A stretch of 59,955 nt of DNA, taken from contig JBDKKW010000004.1 in the NCBI GenBank assembly GCA_039795895.1, positions 1-59,955 on the forward strand. The letters are read 5' to 3'. The stretch is from Candidatus Parcubacteria bacterium (GTDB lineage Bacteria > Patescibacteriota > Minisyncoccia > Phycocordibacterales > JBAYGS01). Shown here piece after piece: positions 28,584 to 36,500 of this stretch (within the stretch, counting starts at the first letter, position 1; each line of letters begins with the position of its first letter). Under the pieces are notes generated by a model. The model was not told the origin of the DNA. It saw only the letters and a list, made by a program, of their open reading frames with translations, and did no database searches. The translations under genes and the position numbers were made by a program.

Positions 28584-29267
28584 ATGATAATCCAAAAAGT
28601 CATCGATATTGCGAAAGTGGGCGTCGGAAAAATAATCGGCATTATTTTTCCGACACATCCCGACATCACCCTCCTCGAACACACAACCGCGAGTGAATTC
28701 CGTGCACTCGTCCCCAAAGCATCTCAAGGCACGATCACCGAAAAATGGATATATGCCATCTTGGGATACAGCGACCCTTTGGTACGGACGGCAATTTGGG
28801 AACTCAAATATCGAGGCAACACAAAGATTGTCGACCTATTGGCACAAGTAGTGTACGAAGAAATCGTCAGTGAGCTTTCTGACCTTGCACTCTTTTCATC
28901 GCACGAAAAAGTAATACTGATCCCCGTACCAATCAGCCCCGCTCGCTTGCGCGAGCGGGGCTGGAATCAGACGGAACTCCTCGCACAAAAACTCACTGTA
29001 CTAGACTCTGGCACCTTTTTCACCCTCGACACCAAATCCCTTTTAAAAATCAAAGACACACCATCTCAAACCAAATCGAAACATCGAGCCGAGCGCGAGA
29101 AAAATTTGAAAGGTTGTTTTAAGGTGACACACCCAGAGGCGATTGCGGACAAACACATTCTTCTACTCGACGATGTCTGCACCACTGGAAGCACCCTACG
29201 TGAAGCGAGAAAGACCCTACTTAAAGCTGGTGCGAGAGCGGTCTATGCGATCACTGTTGCTCACTAA
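28584..29267 (+). CDS. comF: ComF family competence phosphoribosyltransferase-like protein
   Basis: LKY, IPVP...RERGWNQ, R..NL, LLDDVCTTGST. Confidence 0.9.
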   Translation: MIIQKVIDIAKVGVGKIIGIIFPTHPDITLLEHTTASEFRALVPKASQGTITEKWIYAILGYSDPLVRTAIWELKYRGNTKIVDLLAQVVYEEIVSELSDLALFSSHEKVILIPVPISPARLRERGWNQTELLAQKLTVLDSGTFFTLDTKSLLKIKDTPSQTKSKHRAEREKNLKGCFKVTHPEAIADKHILLLDDVCTTGSTLREARKTLLKAGARAVYAITVAH

Positions 29268-29335
29268 TTTTGACCAATTGTCACAAACGAACCTTTGGGG
29301 TAGGATTGGAGTAGAAATGTCCTATACCCATAATT

Positions 29336-29566
29336 ATGAGCACTAAATCTCATTGGTTTCCCGCTTGGCTCGGTAGTTTTGAAAGATATCAGGAACTACT
29401 TGCTTTTCAGCAAGAACTCAACGATCCAACCTCGGCTTTAGGTAACCAATTTTCTGTTGAAGTGATCCGTACTGATGGTCAACGAATCGAAGATGTAATA
29501 GCTAAAAATCTGATTGCAAACGGAGCTGCAGTACGACTTCGAAGCAACTCCCCCGCTCACTTGTGA
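29336..29566 (+). CDS. Hypothetical protein (76 aa)
   Basis: ATG-start ORF filling the gap after comF. Confidence 0.45.
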   Translation: MSTKSHWFPAWLGSFERYQELLAFQQELNDPTSALGNQFSVEVIRTDGQRIEDVIAKNLIANGAAVRLRSNSPAHL

Positions 29567-29586
29567 GCGGTTTTATTTTGCCAATT

Positions 29587-30009
29587 CTAAGCGTCAAAGA
29601 AATTTCGTCCGGTCTTGTACGCCTCCATATACGTCTTCACTGGTTCAAAAAGCGGTGTCGGCAGATTATCCATCGCATACCAACCCCAACTCTCAACCTT
29701 ATTCGGCTCCATTACTTTCGGCTCACCACTTTTCCACTCCGCGACCAATCCGATATCAACATAATGCTTTGGTGCGTACTGTTTTAAATTGAGCAATCGA
29801 AGAAAACGCACGTTCTGAATTTCCATCCCCGTCTCCTCCATGGTTTCTCTCTGCGCACACCCAACAAAAGATTCCATATATTCAAGGTGCCCACCTGGCC
29901 ACGCATACTCGCCGACACCGTGCGAGCCCTTTCGTTTGCCCAAAAGCACCTTACCATCTTTGATAATCATCACTCCGACTCCTACCTTTGGCAGTTGTTC
30001 AGTACTCAT
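29587..30009 (-). CDS. NUDIX hydrolase (NUDT15/MutT-like)
   Basis: VGVGV...LLGKRKGSHG, PGGHLE...RETMEETG, EPNK..W.W. Confidence 0.9.
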   Translation of the reverse strand: MSTEQLPKVGVGVMIIKDGKVLLGKRKGSHGVGEYAWPGGHLEYMESFVGCAQRETMEETGMEIQNVRFLRLLNLKQYAPKHYVDIGLVAEWKSGEPKVMEPNKVESWGWYAMDNLPTPLFEPVKTYMEAYKTGRNFFDA

Positions 30010-30494
30010 AGTGTTGCAACAGTAGTTACGTTTTTATTTAAAATAGTATCCCCCTCACCGAAAGTAAATTCCCCGCGGACCAATTTCCCCGTGAGCATGT
30101 GGGGGAACCAGAACCGGTCATCTGGCCACATCTTGTCAAAAGGAATATCAGCCACAACAAACCACTCCGGCCTCATTTCCTCAGACTCAGTCGGCTCGCC
30201 TACCCACTCATCGACGGTGTACACATGCACGAGCTGATTCCACGCAGGTGTATGCGCGAAGCGAAAAGTCAGCTCAGCTACTTTATTCAAATGCATCACC
30301 TCAACCCCAATCTCCTCTTTCGCCTCTCTTTTTCCCGCAGACTCGATCGTCTCTCCCGCTTCGAGCTTGCCTCCTACGCCATTGTATCTCCCCACCCCAA
30401 ACCCCCGCTTCTTCATCGCGAGACACAACTCAGTAATTTTTCCACCATTCCGACGCACCAAAAATATAAGTGTTGTATCTTTAAGCTTTTCCAT
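30006..30494 (-). CDS. 8-oxo-dGTP diphosphatase (MTH1/NUDT1-like NUDIX)
   Basis: KKRGFGVGRYNGVGGK, REAKEE, ESEEMRPEWF, MWPDD. Start uncertain (30494-30530). Confidence 0.88.
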   Translation of the reverse strand: MEKLKDTTLIFLVRRNGGKITELCLAMKKRGFGVGRYNGVGGKLEAGETIESAGKREAKEEIGVEVMHLNKVAELTFRFAHTPAWNQLVHVYTVDEWVGEPTESEEMRPEWFVVADIPFDKMWPDDRFWFPHMLTGKLVRGEFTFGEGDTILNKNVTTVATL

Positions 30495-30552
30495 ACCAAA
30501 CATACTACTCCTTTTGTTATTTTTCGCCACTACTTTGTGACGAGATTAGACT

Positions 30553-30891
30553 TTATTTTTTCACCATACCACTGATCGTCTTCCAATGCTTTTTGAGATC
30601 GAGAGCTAGCTCGGCCACCTCTTCTTTACTTGCCTTGGCTCCACGAGCATATTTGTTGGAAACTGATTCAACAATCCGATGATACACCGGCTCAGACACC
30701 TCTTTGGCTTTTTCCAAACCTTCTACCACATCTCCCTTCATCTTGATCGCCCACGCCTTGAGATGCTTTTGATGTTTTTTGCCTTTTGGTCCCAGGAAAA
30801 AATAGGTGGTAGCTGCAATACCCGCAAGACTTGCTCCGAGTGCCACCGCCTGAGCTGTCGCCGATGTCTTTGTGATTTTCTTTTGTTTCAT
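30553..30891 (-). CDS. YtxH-like small membrane-anchored protein
   Basis: TM ALGASLAGIAATTYFFLGPKGKK followed by charged helices. Confidence 0.7.
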   Translation of the reverse strand: MKQKKITKTSATAQAVALGASLAGIAATTYFFLGPKGKKHQKHLKAWAIKMKGDVVEGLEKAKEVSEPVYHRIVESVSNKYARGAKASKEEVAELALDLKKHWKTISGMVKK

Positions 30892-30913
30892 TGTGATATA
30901 TAAATGAGTAATG

Positions 30914-31183
30914 CTAGACGTTTTCTTTGAGCGCCTTGTGTCGCTTCTTCCGCACGGGCGGAAAAAACACTCGAAAGACAATATTATTTTCAAGTCGCTC
31001 ACGGAGTTCAGATACAAACTCCTCCGACTCCTTAAATCCCCCTTTCAATGTCTCCGAAAGTCGATACAGATTTTCTCCAGCCAAAATCAAATAGCACAAG
31101 ACCACAGAAGCCAGTAGTGCAAGCACCGCTGTGGCAATAGATGCAATAAAAAAGAAGATATCGGCCTTAAAAAGAGTATCCAT
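30914..31183 (-). CDS. Small membrane protein (DUF948-like, paired with the YtxH-like gene)
   Basis: ADIFFFIASIA... TM plus short coiled coil. Confidence 0.65.
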   Translation of the reverse strand: MDTLFKADIFFFIASIATAVLALLASVVLCYLILAGENLYRLSETLKGGFKESEEFVSELRERLENNIVFRVFFPPVRKKRHKALKENV

Positions 31184-31324
31184 GGGGTAACATTTTTAAA
31201 TACACCTCTCAAGCCGAAATCAGATTGTTTGTATTACAAAATCAAATCAGGTTGTACAAAAGCACCCCCTATTGTATGCTTTATATGGTTGTAATAACTT
31301 TAACCAACTAACGACTTTACCTAT

Positions 31325-31573
31325 ATGGAACCAACAAACAACACGCAAGGAAAGTATACGCTCGGCATTATCATTCTCGTTATCCTCGTTATCGCTGGAG
31401 GCTACTTCTTCTTTAAAAAAGATAAGGCTCCTGCTACAGAAAGTACTCCGGTAGCAGAAGAAACTACCACGACTGATACGAGCGCAACAGACACTGGAAC
31501 CAAAACAACTACATCAACCACGGTCACCAAGACCCCAAGTCTTCCAGCAACTGGCTACGCACCACGACAGTAA
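31325..31573 (+). CDS. Small N-anchored Thr-rich protein ending in an LPATG sortase motif
   Basis: N-terminal TM, T/S/E-rich stalk, ...PSLPATGYAPRQ-stop; directly upstream of the sortase. Confidence 0.8.
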   Translation: MEPTNNTQGKYTLGIIILVILVIAGGYFFFKKDKAPATESTPVAEETTTTDTSATDTGTKTTTSTTVTKTPSLPATGYAPRQ

Positions 31574-31614
31574 TCGTCGACAATACGAGCTCGCGCTCAC
31601 ACAATAGATACCCC

Positions 31615-32232
31615 ATGCATTCTCGCACACTAGCGAAGCAGGTATGCACCATCATCACACTCGTGGGTATCGCTTTTGCTGTATGTGCTTTTACCTATCC
31701 TGACACACTCGGTCAGATACGTATTCGACTGAGCAGATGGAGTGAGTCTGGTACACGAACGACTGAGCTTGCTCTGCAACCCGGACTCCCCACCCTTCTC
31801 ATCCTCCCGAGACTCAATATCCGTGCGTCAGTTGAATCGATCGGCCTCACCAAAGACGGTGCACTCGACACTCCAAAAGAACCAGACATCGTCGCCTGGT
31901 TTAACGCCGGCCCTCGACCTGGAGAAAAAGGAAATGCGATTATCGACGGGCACTATGGATGGAAAGATGGTATTCCAGCGGTATTCGATTCCCTCTCTCA
32001 AACGCAAATTGGCGACAGTATTTCAATACAAGACGATCATGGCAACGTGATTACTTTTGTAGTACATAAGATACAAATCTACACCAAAGAAGACACTACT
32101 TCGGATATTTTTAATGCACAAGACAAAGATGCACACCTCGTCCTCATCACCTGCCAAGGTGCATGGAACAAGGCAAGCCAAAGTTATGCAGGGAGATTGA
32201 TCGTGTTTGCGGACAAAGTGGAGACACTGTAA
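31615..32232 (+). CDS. Class F sortase
   Basis: N-terminal TM, W...GPRPGEKGNAIIDGH (His), LITC (Cys), GRLIV (Arg). Confidence 0.92.
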   Translation: MHSRTLAKQVCTIITLVGIAFAVCAFTYPDTLGQIRIRLSRWSESGTRTTELALQPGLPTLLILPRLNIRASVESIGLTKDGALDTPKEPDIVAWFNAGPRPGEKGNAIIDGHYGWKDGIPAVFDSLSQTQIGDSISIQDDHGNVITFVVHKIQIYTKEDTTSDIFNAQDKDAHLVLITCQGAWNKASQSYAGRLIVFADKVETL

Positions 32233-32301
32233 CTCGGGTATTTTTTAATGCGCTCAGAGGGAAATTGTGCTACAGTATTTTGCGACTCGAAGAGAGTCCA
32301 C

Positions 32302-32389
32302 GGAGACGTGGTGGAGTGGTCTAACATACCTCTTTGCTAAAGAGGCAGGGCCTTTAAAGCCCTCGAGGGTTCGAATCCCTCCGTCTCCG
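32302..32389 (+). tRNA. tRNA-Ser(GCT)
   Basis: Acceptor GGAGACG/CGTCTCC, G73, anticodon arm CCTCT-TTGCTAA-AGAGG, long variable arm, GAGGG-TTCGAAT-CCCTC. Confidence 0.96.
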
Positions 32390-32391
32390 CA

Positions 32392-32582
32392 ACGTCAATG
32401 AAAAATACCGCGGAAAAGGTATTTTTCATTGACGTCATGTTTGAGACGGAGGGATTCGAAAGACGCAGACGGAGAAATTCGCAAGAATTTCTGACCGGCG
32501 AGTCGGGGTCGAGAGTACTTAGATTTTTGTGAGCAAAGCGAAACAAAAAGCTTAGTAACTCGTGACCGGATCCCTCCGTCTC
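32392..32582. repeat. tRNA-associated cassette 1 (hairpin, antisense 3' end, structured insert, sense 3'-end copy)
   Basis: 18-bp hairpin 32392-32435; 32443-32460 is the reverse complement of tRNA 32370-32387; 32570-32582 is a direct copy of the tRNA 3' end. Confidence 0.85.
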
Positions 32583-32601
32583 TTTCCCCAAGTCCCCATC
32601 T

Positions 32602-32688
32602 GGAGAGATGGATGAGTGGTTTAAATCAACGGTTTACTAAACCGTCGTTCCTTAATTGGAACCGTGGGTTCGAATCCCACTCTCTCCG
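32602..32688 (+). tRNA. tRNA-Ser(ACT), rare A34 anticodon
   Basis: Acceptor GGAGAGA/TCTCTCC, G73, anticodon arm ACGGT-TTACTAA-ACCGT, long variable arm GTTCC/GGAAC, GTGGG-TTCGAAT-CCCAC. Confidence 0.93.
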
Positions 32689-32690
32689 CA

Positions 32691-32818
32691 GGAGTTTAAA
32701 ATGAAGTTTTAAAGTGGGATTCGAAAAGCTTCTCCCATATTTTCAAACGATTCTTATCGTGCGAAAATGGGAAAGCTGTACTGCGACTGTAAGTCGAGAA
32801 ATTCCCACTCTCTCCGCA
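32691..32818. repeat. tRNA-associated cassette 2
   Basis: 32713-32725 is the reverse complement of tRNA 32669-32681; 32803-32818 is a direct copy of 32675-32690; internal hairpins lie between. Confidence 0.85.
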
Positions 32819-32888
32819 AAATAAAATCGCCAAAGGTGAGATTCACAGGCAAGATATGACCCTCTGAGGAGGTGGTATAATTGCAACC

Positions 32889-33881
32889 ATGGAAACACAA
32901 GGTGAAAACACTTCTAGACTTATTCTTAAGAACGAACCGAAATTATCTGAACACGAAGCACAGAGTACATTCAACGAGAGGCGGATAAGCCTTGTTCCCT
33001 TAGTTAGAGACTTTATTTCGACCCACGAAAGATTTAAAGACAAAGAAGTTAGTATTACATTTGCTCACAAAGGTGTTTCATCTCTGATAAGTATCATAGA
33101 GGTGGACAATGAGAAAGTTGTTTTAAAGATTCCACTAGGTGGCGGTCATTCTAGAGGTGAAGCTTTGTTTCTGAAAGTATGGGCTGAAGCAGGAGTTAAG
33201 GTACCCCACGTAATAGAAGAGGGTGTTTTGGGTGAACACGCTTACACACTAATGGAGTATGTAGACGCACCTATTTTAGGGGAAACGTATAATAAACAAG
33301 AGTGTATCGAAAAGGGAGTTTATGTTGAAATGGGAAACATGCTTCGTCTCATGCACGAACCAAAAGCAGAAGGCTACGGTCGTGTTATTGACGGAAAAGG
33401 AGAGTATGCAGAATTCACAGATTTACTTTCAGGTGAAGACCTGCAAAGAAGGGTTAAGTACGTTACAGATCACAAACTTCTTGGAGATGAGCACGGAGTA
33501 CTATCTCTTGCGTTTGAAATTCTTACTGAACATGTCCGCAGAGAGAACAAAAGCAGTTATTGTCACGACGATTTTGGTACCTACAATATGTTTGCAACAC
33601 ACCCAATTACAGTTTTTGATCCGAATCCTAGATTCAATAATCGCTATTTGGATTTGGGTCGTACCATACTACTTGGTATAGCTCACGATGGTATCTTCTC
33701 TGAAAAATTAGTTGATAGTTATTTTGAAGGTAATCCGTACGACCAAAAAGCTTTGCATGCATCAATATTACTCAATGGCTATATGAAATTTTATTATTGG
33801 AGTAAAGTAAAAAGATTCAAAAATATAAAAAACGTTCAGGATTACCTTATTAAGAATAAGCACTTGTTGATAACCACTTAA
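32889..33881 (+). CDS. Aminoglycoside phosphotransferase/choline kinase-like protein
   Basis: VVLKI, VPHV, LMEYV, Brenner motif CHDDFGTYN, VFDP, DLG; visibly AT-rich. Confidence 0.8.
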   Translation: METQGENTSRLILKNEPKLSEHEAQSTFNERRISLVPLVRDFISTHERFKDKEVSITFAHKGVSSLISIIEVDNEKVVLKIPLGGGHSRGEALFLKVWAEAGVKVPHVIEEGVLGEHAYTLMEYVDAPILGETYNKQECIEKGVYVEMGNMLRLMHEPKAEGYGRVIDGKGEYAEFTDLLSGEDLQRRVKYVTDHKLLGDEHGVLSLAFEILTEHVRRENKSSYCHDDFGTYNMFATHPITVFDPNPRFNNRYLDLGRTILLGIAHDGIFSEKLVDSYFEGNPYDQKALHASILLNGYMKFYYWSKVKRFKNIKNVQDYLIKNKHLLITT

Positions 33882-33887
33882 ACAAAA

Positions 33888-34331
33888 ATGAACAACCCCT
33901 ACAAAAACATCGGAATCGGAATCCTACTCGTAGAAGCATGCTCGCTACTAACCGGCTTTGGAAAATTTATCTACGCACTTCTTTTTATACCTGGCTTCTA
34001 CCCCATTCTCTCAGCTATAACTCTTACCGATCCATACACCACCTTCCTCTTTTATTTCTTCATGAGCTTGGACACCTTAATCAACCTCTATGGTATTTAT
34101 ATCGCACTCCACTTAATCAAGAAAAATGCATACACCAAACAACTCTTGTATTGGGTATACCTCATTGCGACCACAAAAATACTTTATTTCGTGCTCTATA
34201 TTCCAATCAAAGAATATTTAACCATCGACCTACTTATCGGAATCTTCATCCTGCTATTTGTAGCCCTAACCGACAGCAAACTCTCGCGATTCATACACGG
34301 CAAACATGTCTTCATCGAAAACAAAAAATAA
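33888..34331 (+). CDS. Hypothetical 4-TM membrane protein
   Basis: Four hydrophobic segments; tightly coupled to both neighbours. Confidence 0.7.
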   Translation: MNNPYKNIGIGILLVEACSLLTGFGKFIYALLFIPGFYPILSAITLTDPYTTFLFYFFMSLDTLINLYGIYIALHLIKKNAYTKQLLYWVYLIATTKILYFVLYIPIKEYLTIDLLIGIFILLFVALTDSKLSRFIHGKHVFIENKK

Positions 34332-35142
34332 ATTGGTTAGTGGGCTTCTCTCTACCCTCTGGTCCCACTACAAAACTCACAAACGCTCCTTCCCTTGGCG
34401 GGACACCACCGATCCCTACGCAATCATGGTCTCGGAAATAATGCTTCAGCAAACACAAGCGGACCGTGTGGTGCCAAAGTTTAATGCGTTTATAAAAAAG
34501 TTCCCCACTCCCCAGGCGCTTGCACAAGCGCCTCTCGCAGATGTACTCTCGATGTGGCAAGGGCTCGGATACAACCGCCGAGCACTCAATCTCAAACGCT
34601 CGGCTGAAGAGATAGTATCGAGTCATAAAGGTATTGTGCCAGACACTCTCGCATCGCTCGACGCTCTCCCTGGTATCGGCCCCTACACCGCCGGAGCCAT
34701 CCTCGCTTTTGCCTTCAATAAACCGACCGTCTTCATCGAGACCAACATCCGCACCGTCTTTATTCATCACTTTTTTAAAAGCTCATACGCCAAAATCCCT
34801 GACGAAAAACTACTTCCGCTCATCGAGCAAAGCTTGGACAAAAAACGACCGCGTGAGTATTACTCTGCCTTAATGGACTACGGCTCATACCTTAAATCTA
34901 TTCACCCAAACCCTAGCCGAAAAAGCACCCACCACGCCACTCAGTCAAAATTTAAAGGTTCGCATCGCGAACTCCGCGGGCAGATTTTAAAACTCGTTCT
35001 CAATCATAAAAAGATAAGTCTTGCGTCCATCCAAAAGTCACTGATCCACCACAAAAAAGCACCCGACATCAGTGATACTATCACCGAACTCGCCTCCGAA
35101 GGTCTGATCAAGAAAACCGGAAAATACATATCCGTAACATAG
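34306..35142 (+). CDS. mutY: A/G-specific adenine glycosylase (MutY-like, lacking the Fe-S Cys motif)
   Basis: R.FPWR...PYAIMVSEIMLQQTQ, WQGLGYNRRA, LPGIGPYTA, ETNIR, LMDYG. Confidence 0.88.
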   Translation: MSSSKTKNKLVSGLLSTLWSHYKTHKRSFPWRDTTDPYAIMVSEIMLQQTQADRVVPKFNAFIKKFPTPQALAQAPLADVLSMWQGLGYNRRALNLKRSAEEIVSSHKGIVPDTLASLDALPGIGPYTAGAILAFAFNKPTVFIETNIRTVFIHHFFKSSYAKIPDEKLLPLIEQSLDKKRPREYYSALMDYGSYLKSIHPNPSRKSTHHATQSKFKGSHRELRGQILKLVLNHKKISLASIQKSLIHHKKAPDISDTITELASEGLIKKTGKYISVT

Positions 35143-35144
35143 AA

Positions 35145-35171
35145 AAAACCTACCGGAATCCGGTAGGTTTT
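35145..35171. terminator. Bidirectional terminator between convergent genes
   Basis: AAAACCTACCGG-aat-CCGGTAGGTTTT. Confidence 0.75.
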
Positions 35172-35182
35172 GCGTTTTAAAC

Positions 35183-36385
35183 TTAAGTCGCAGGAGTAGG
35201 TGGCACAGGAGGTGCTACGGGCGGTGCAGGAGGAGCTTGCTGATCAAGCTTGTTCTGTGCCAGCACCCCAAGATCACCTAGCGACAACTCATTGTCCGTG
35301 AGAAGGGCAATGATCTGAATCTCTCGACGGGTCGCCTTGCTGAGCACAGCCTCCATCAGCTCGGTCAGCACATCACTGTCAGTATCATCATTTTCGAGAC
35401 AGTCGAGGTAGAGCGCAAGCAGATCATTCACATCCTCAGCGAACGTAACGAGCTTGCGGATGGCGTAGCTTTCAAGCGAACTTCCATTATCAGCGTTTTT
35501 GCGGATCTCGTCCCAGATTGCTTTGGTGAAAGGCCGCTTACCCATCTCTTCCAGGACAAGCTTTCCATCGTCTTGGTCGTCACCATCGGCACACACCTCG
35601 TAGACAGAGAGGAGCTCGTCCTGATCCTTCGCTTTCGCCAAGAGCCACGACAAGACAATTTCAAGCAGAGACTCCCACCGATTTCCGTCCTCATCTCCGT
35701 TTTGGTAAAACGCGAGTAGGTCATCAAACGACGCTGTGGTCGCCCGAAACCGATCTTCCACCTGCGCCTCAATAGGACTACCCTCAGGAGCGTCGGTATA
35801 TACCGCCGAAAGCTCTGCGAGCGTACTCGATTTTGCAAGACGCATTTCGAGCGCCTTGTTTTCGAGCACCGGATCAGAGGTGTTGTTCCAAATCTCCTCC
35901 CACTGTTTGAGCGTAGTGGCTTGCCTCTCCACTTCCGCCTCGGCCCGACGCGAGAGGTCGGAGTCCGGTAAAGCAAGTGAAAAAATCACGAGCCACTCAT
36001 CGAAAGATTTGGCTTTTTCTGCCAACTTTTCCAACGCCTTCGTCCGAACAGCTATCTCAGGCGGACAGAGGCGGGCAACGATTTCCATCTGTGGACAGGT
36101 GCCCGCAAGCTGAAACATCGATTCCACAGCCTTCAAGAAGAGTGTGTCTTTCGGTGTCAGGAATCGGGCAACAGTCTCCCAATTCACAAACGTGATAGCC
36201 AGCTTGGCAATCTTCGAAGACGCCGCTGTCTCAAGCTCACTTGCCGGAAGTGCCTGACGATAAATCGTGAGGCAATCGGAAAGACTTGTGGTGCGCATCA
36301 ACTCGTCGCGTAGATGAGCTTCCTCAGTCTGAGGATCAGTCTTTTTAGGAGGCGTACCCCCAAACAACCAGTTCCAGAGTCCCAT
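35183..36385 (-). CDS. Alpha-helical solenoid protein with ~31-aa repeats
   Basis: About 10 repeats such as AKSFDEWLVIFSLALPDSDLSRRAEAEVERQ; Pro-rich C-terminal tail. Confidence 0.8.
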   Translation of the reverse strand: MGLWNWLFGGTPPKKTDPQTEEAHLRDELMRTTSLSDCLTIYRQALPASELETAASSKIAKLAITFVNWETVARFLTPKDTLFLKAVESMFQLAGTCPQMEIVARLCPPEIAVRTKALEKLAEKAKSFDEWLVIFSLALPDSDLSRRAEAEVERQATTLKQWEEIWNNTSDPVLENKALEMRLAKSSTLAELSAVYTDAPEGSPIEAQVEDRFRATTASFDDLLAFYQNGDEDGNRWESLLEIVLSWLLAKAKDQDELLSVYEVCADGDDQDDGKLVLEEMGKRPFTKAIWDEIRKNADNGSSLESYAIRKLVTFAEDVNDLLALYLDCLENDDTDSDVLTELMEAVLSKATRREIQIIALLTDNELSLGDLGVLAQNKLDQQAPPAPPVAPPVPPTPAT

Positions 36386-36500
36386 AGTTTTACCTTTCTT
36401 TTTTGTTGCAATGAACCAATTATTTCCGAGAGAATAATAGCATAATTATAGCTATATAGTCAATAGTCTGAAAGTAGCTCAAATCCTATATACTTTGTGG

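Noticed and set aside
32337-32591. 84-aa minus-strand ORF
   Set aside because: It is antisense to tRNA-Ser and its cassette (the AETEGFEPS pattern is a typical tRNA shadow).
32803-32818. Prophage/ICE attR
   Set aside because: Only ~110 bp separate the two copies and there is no integrase; treated as a tRNA cassette instead.
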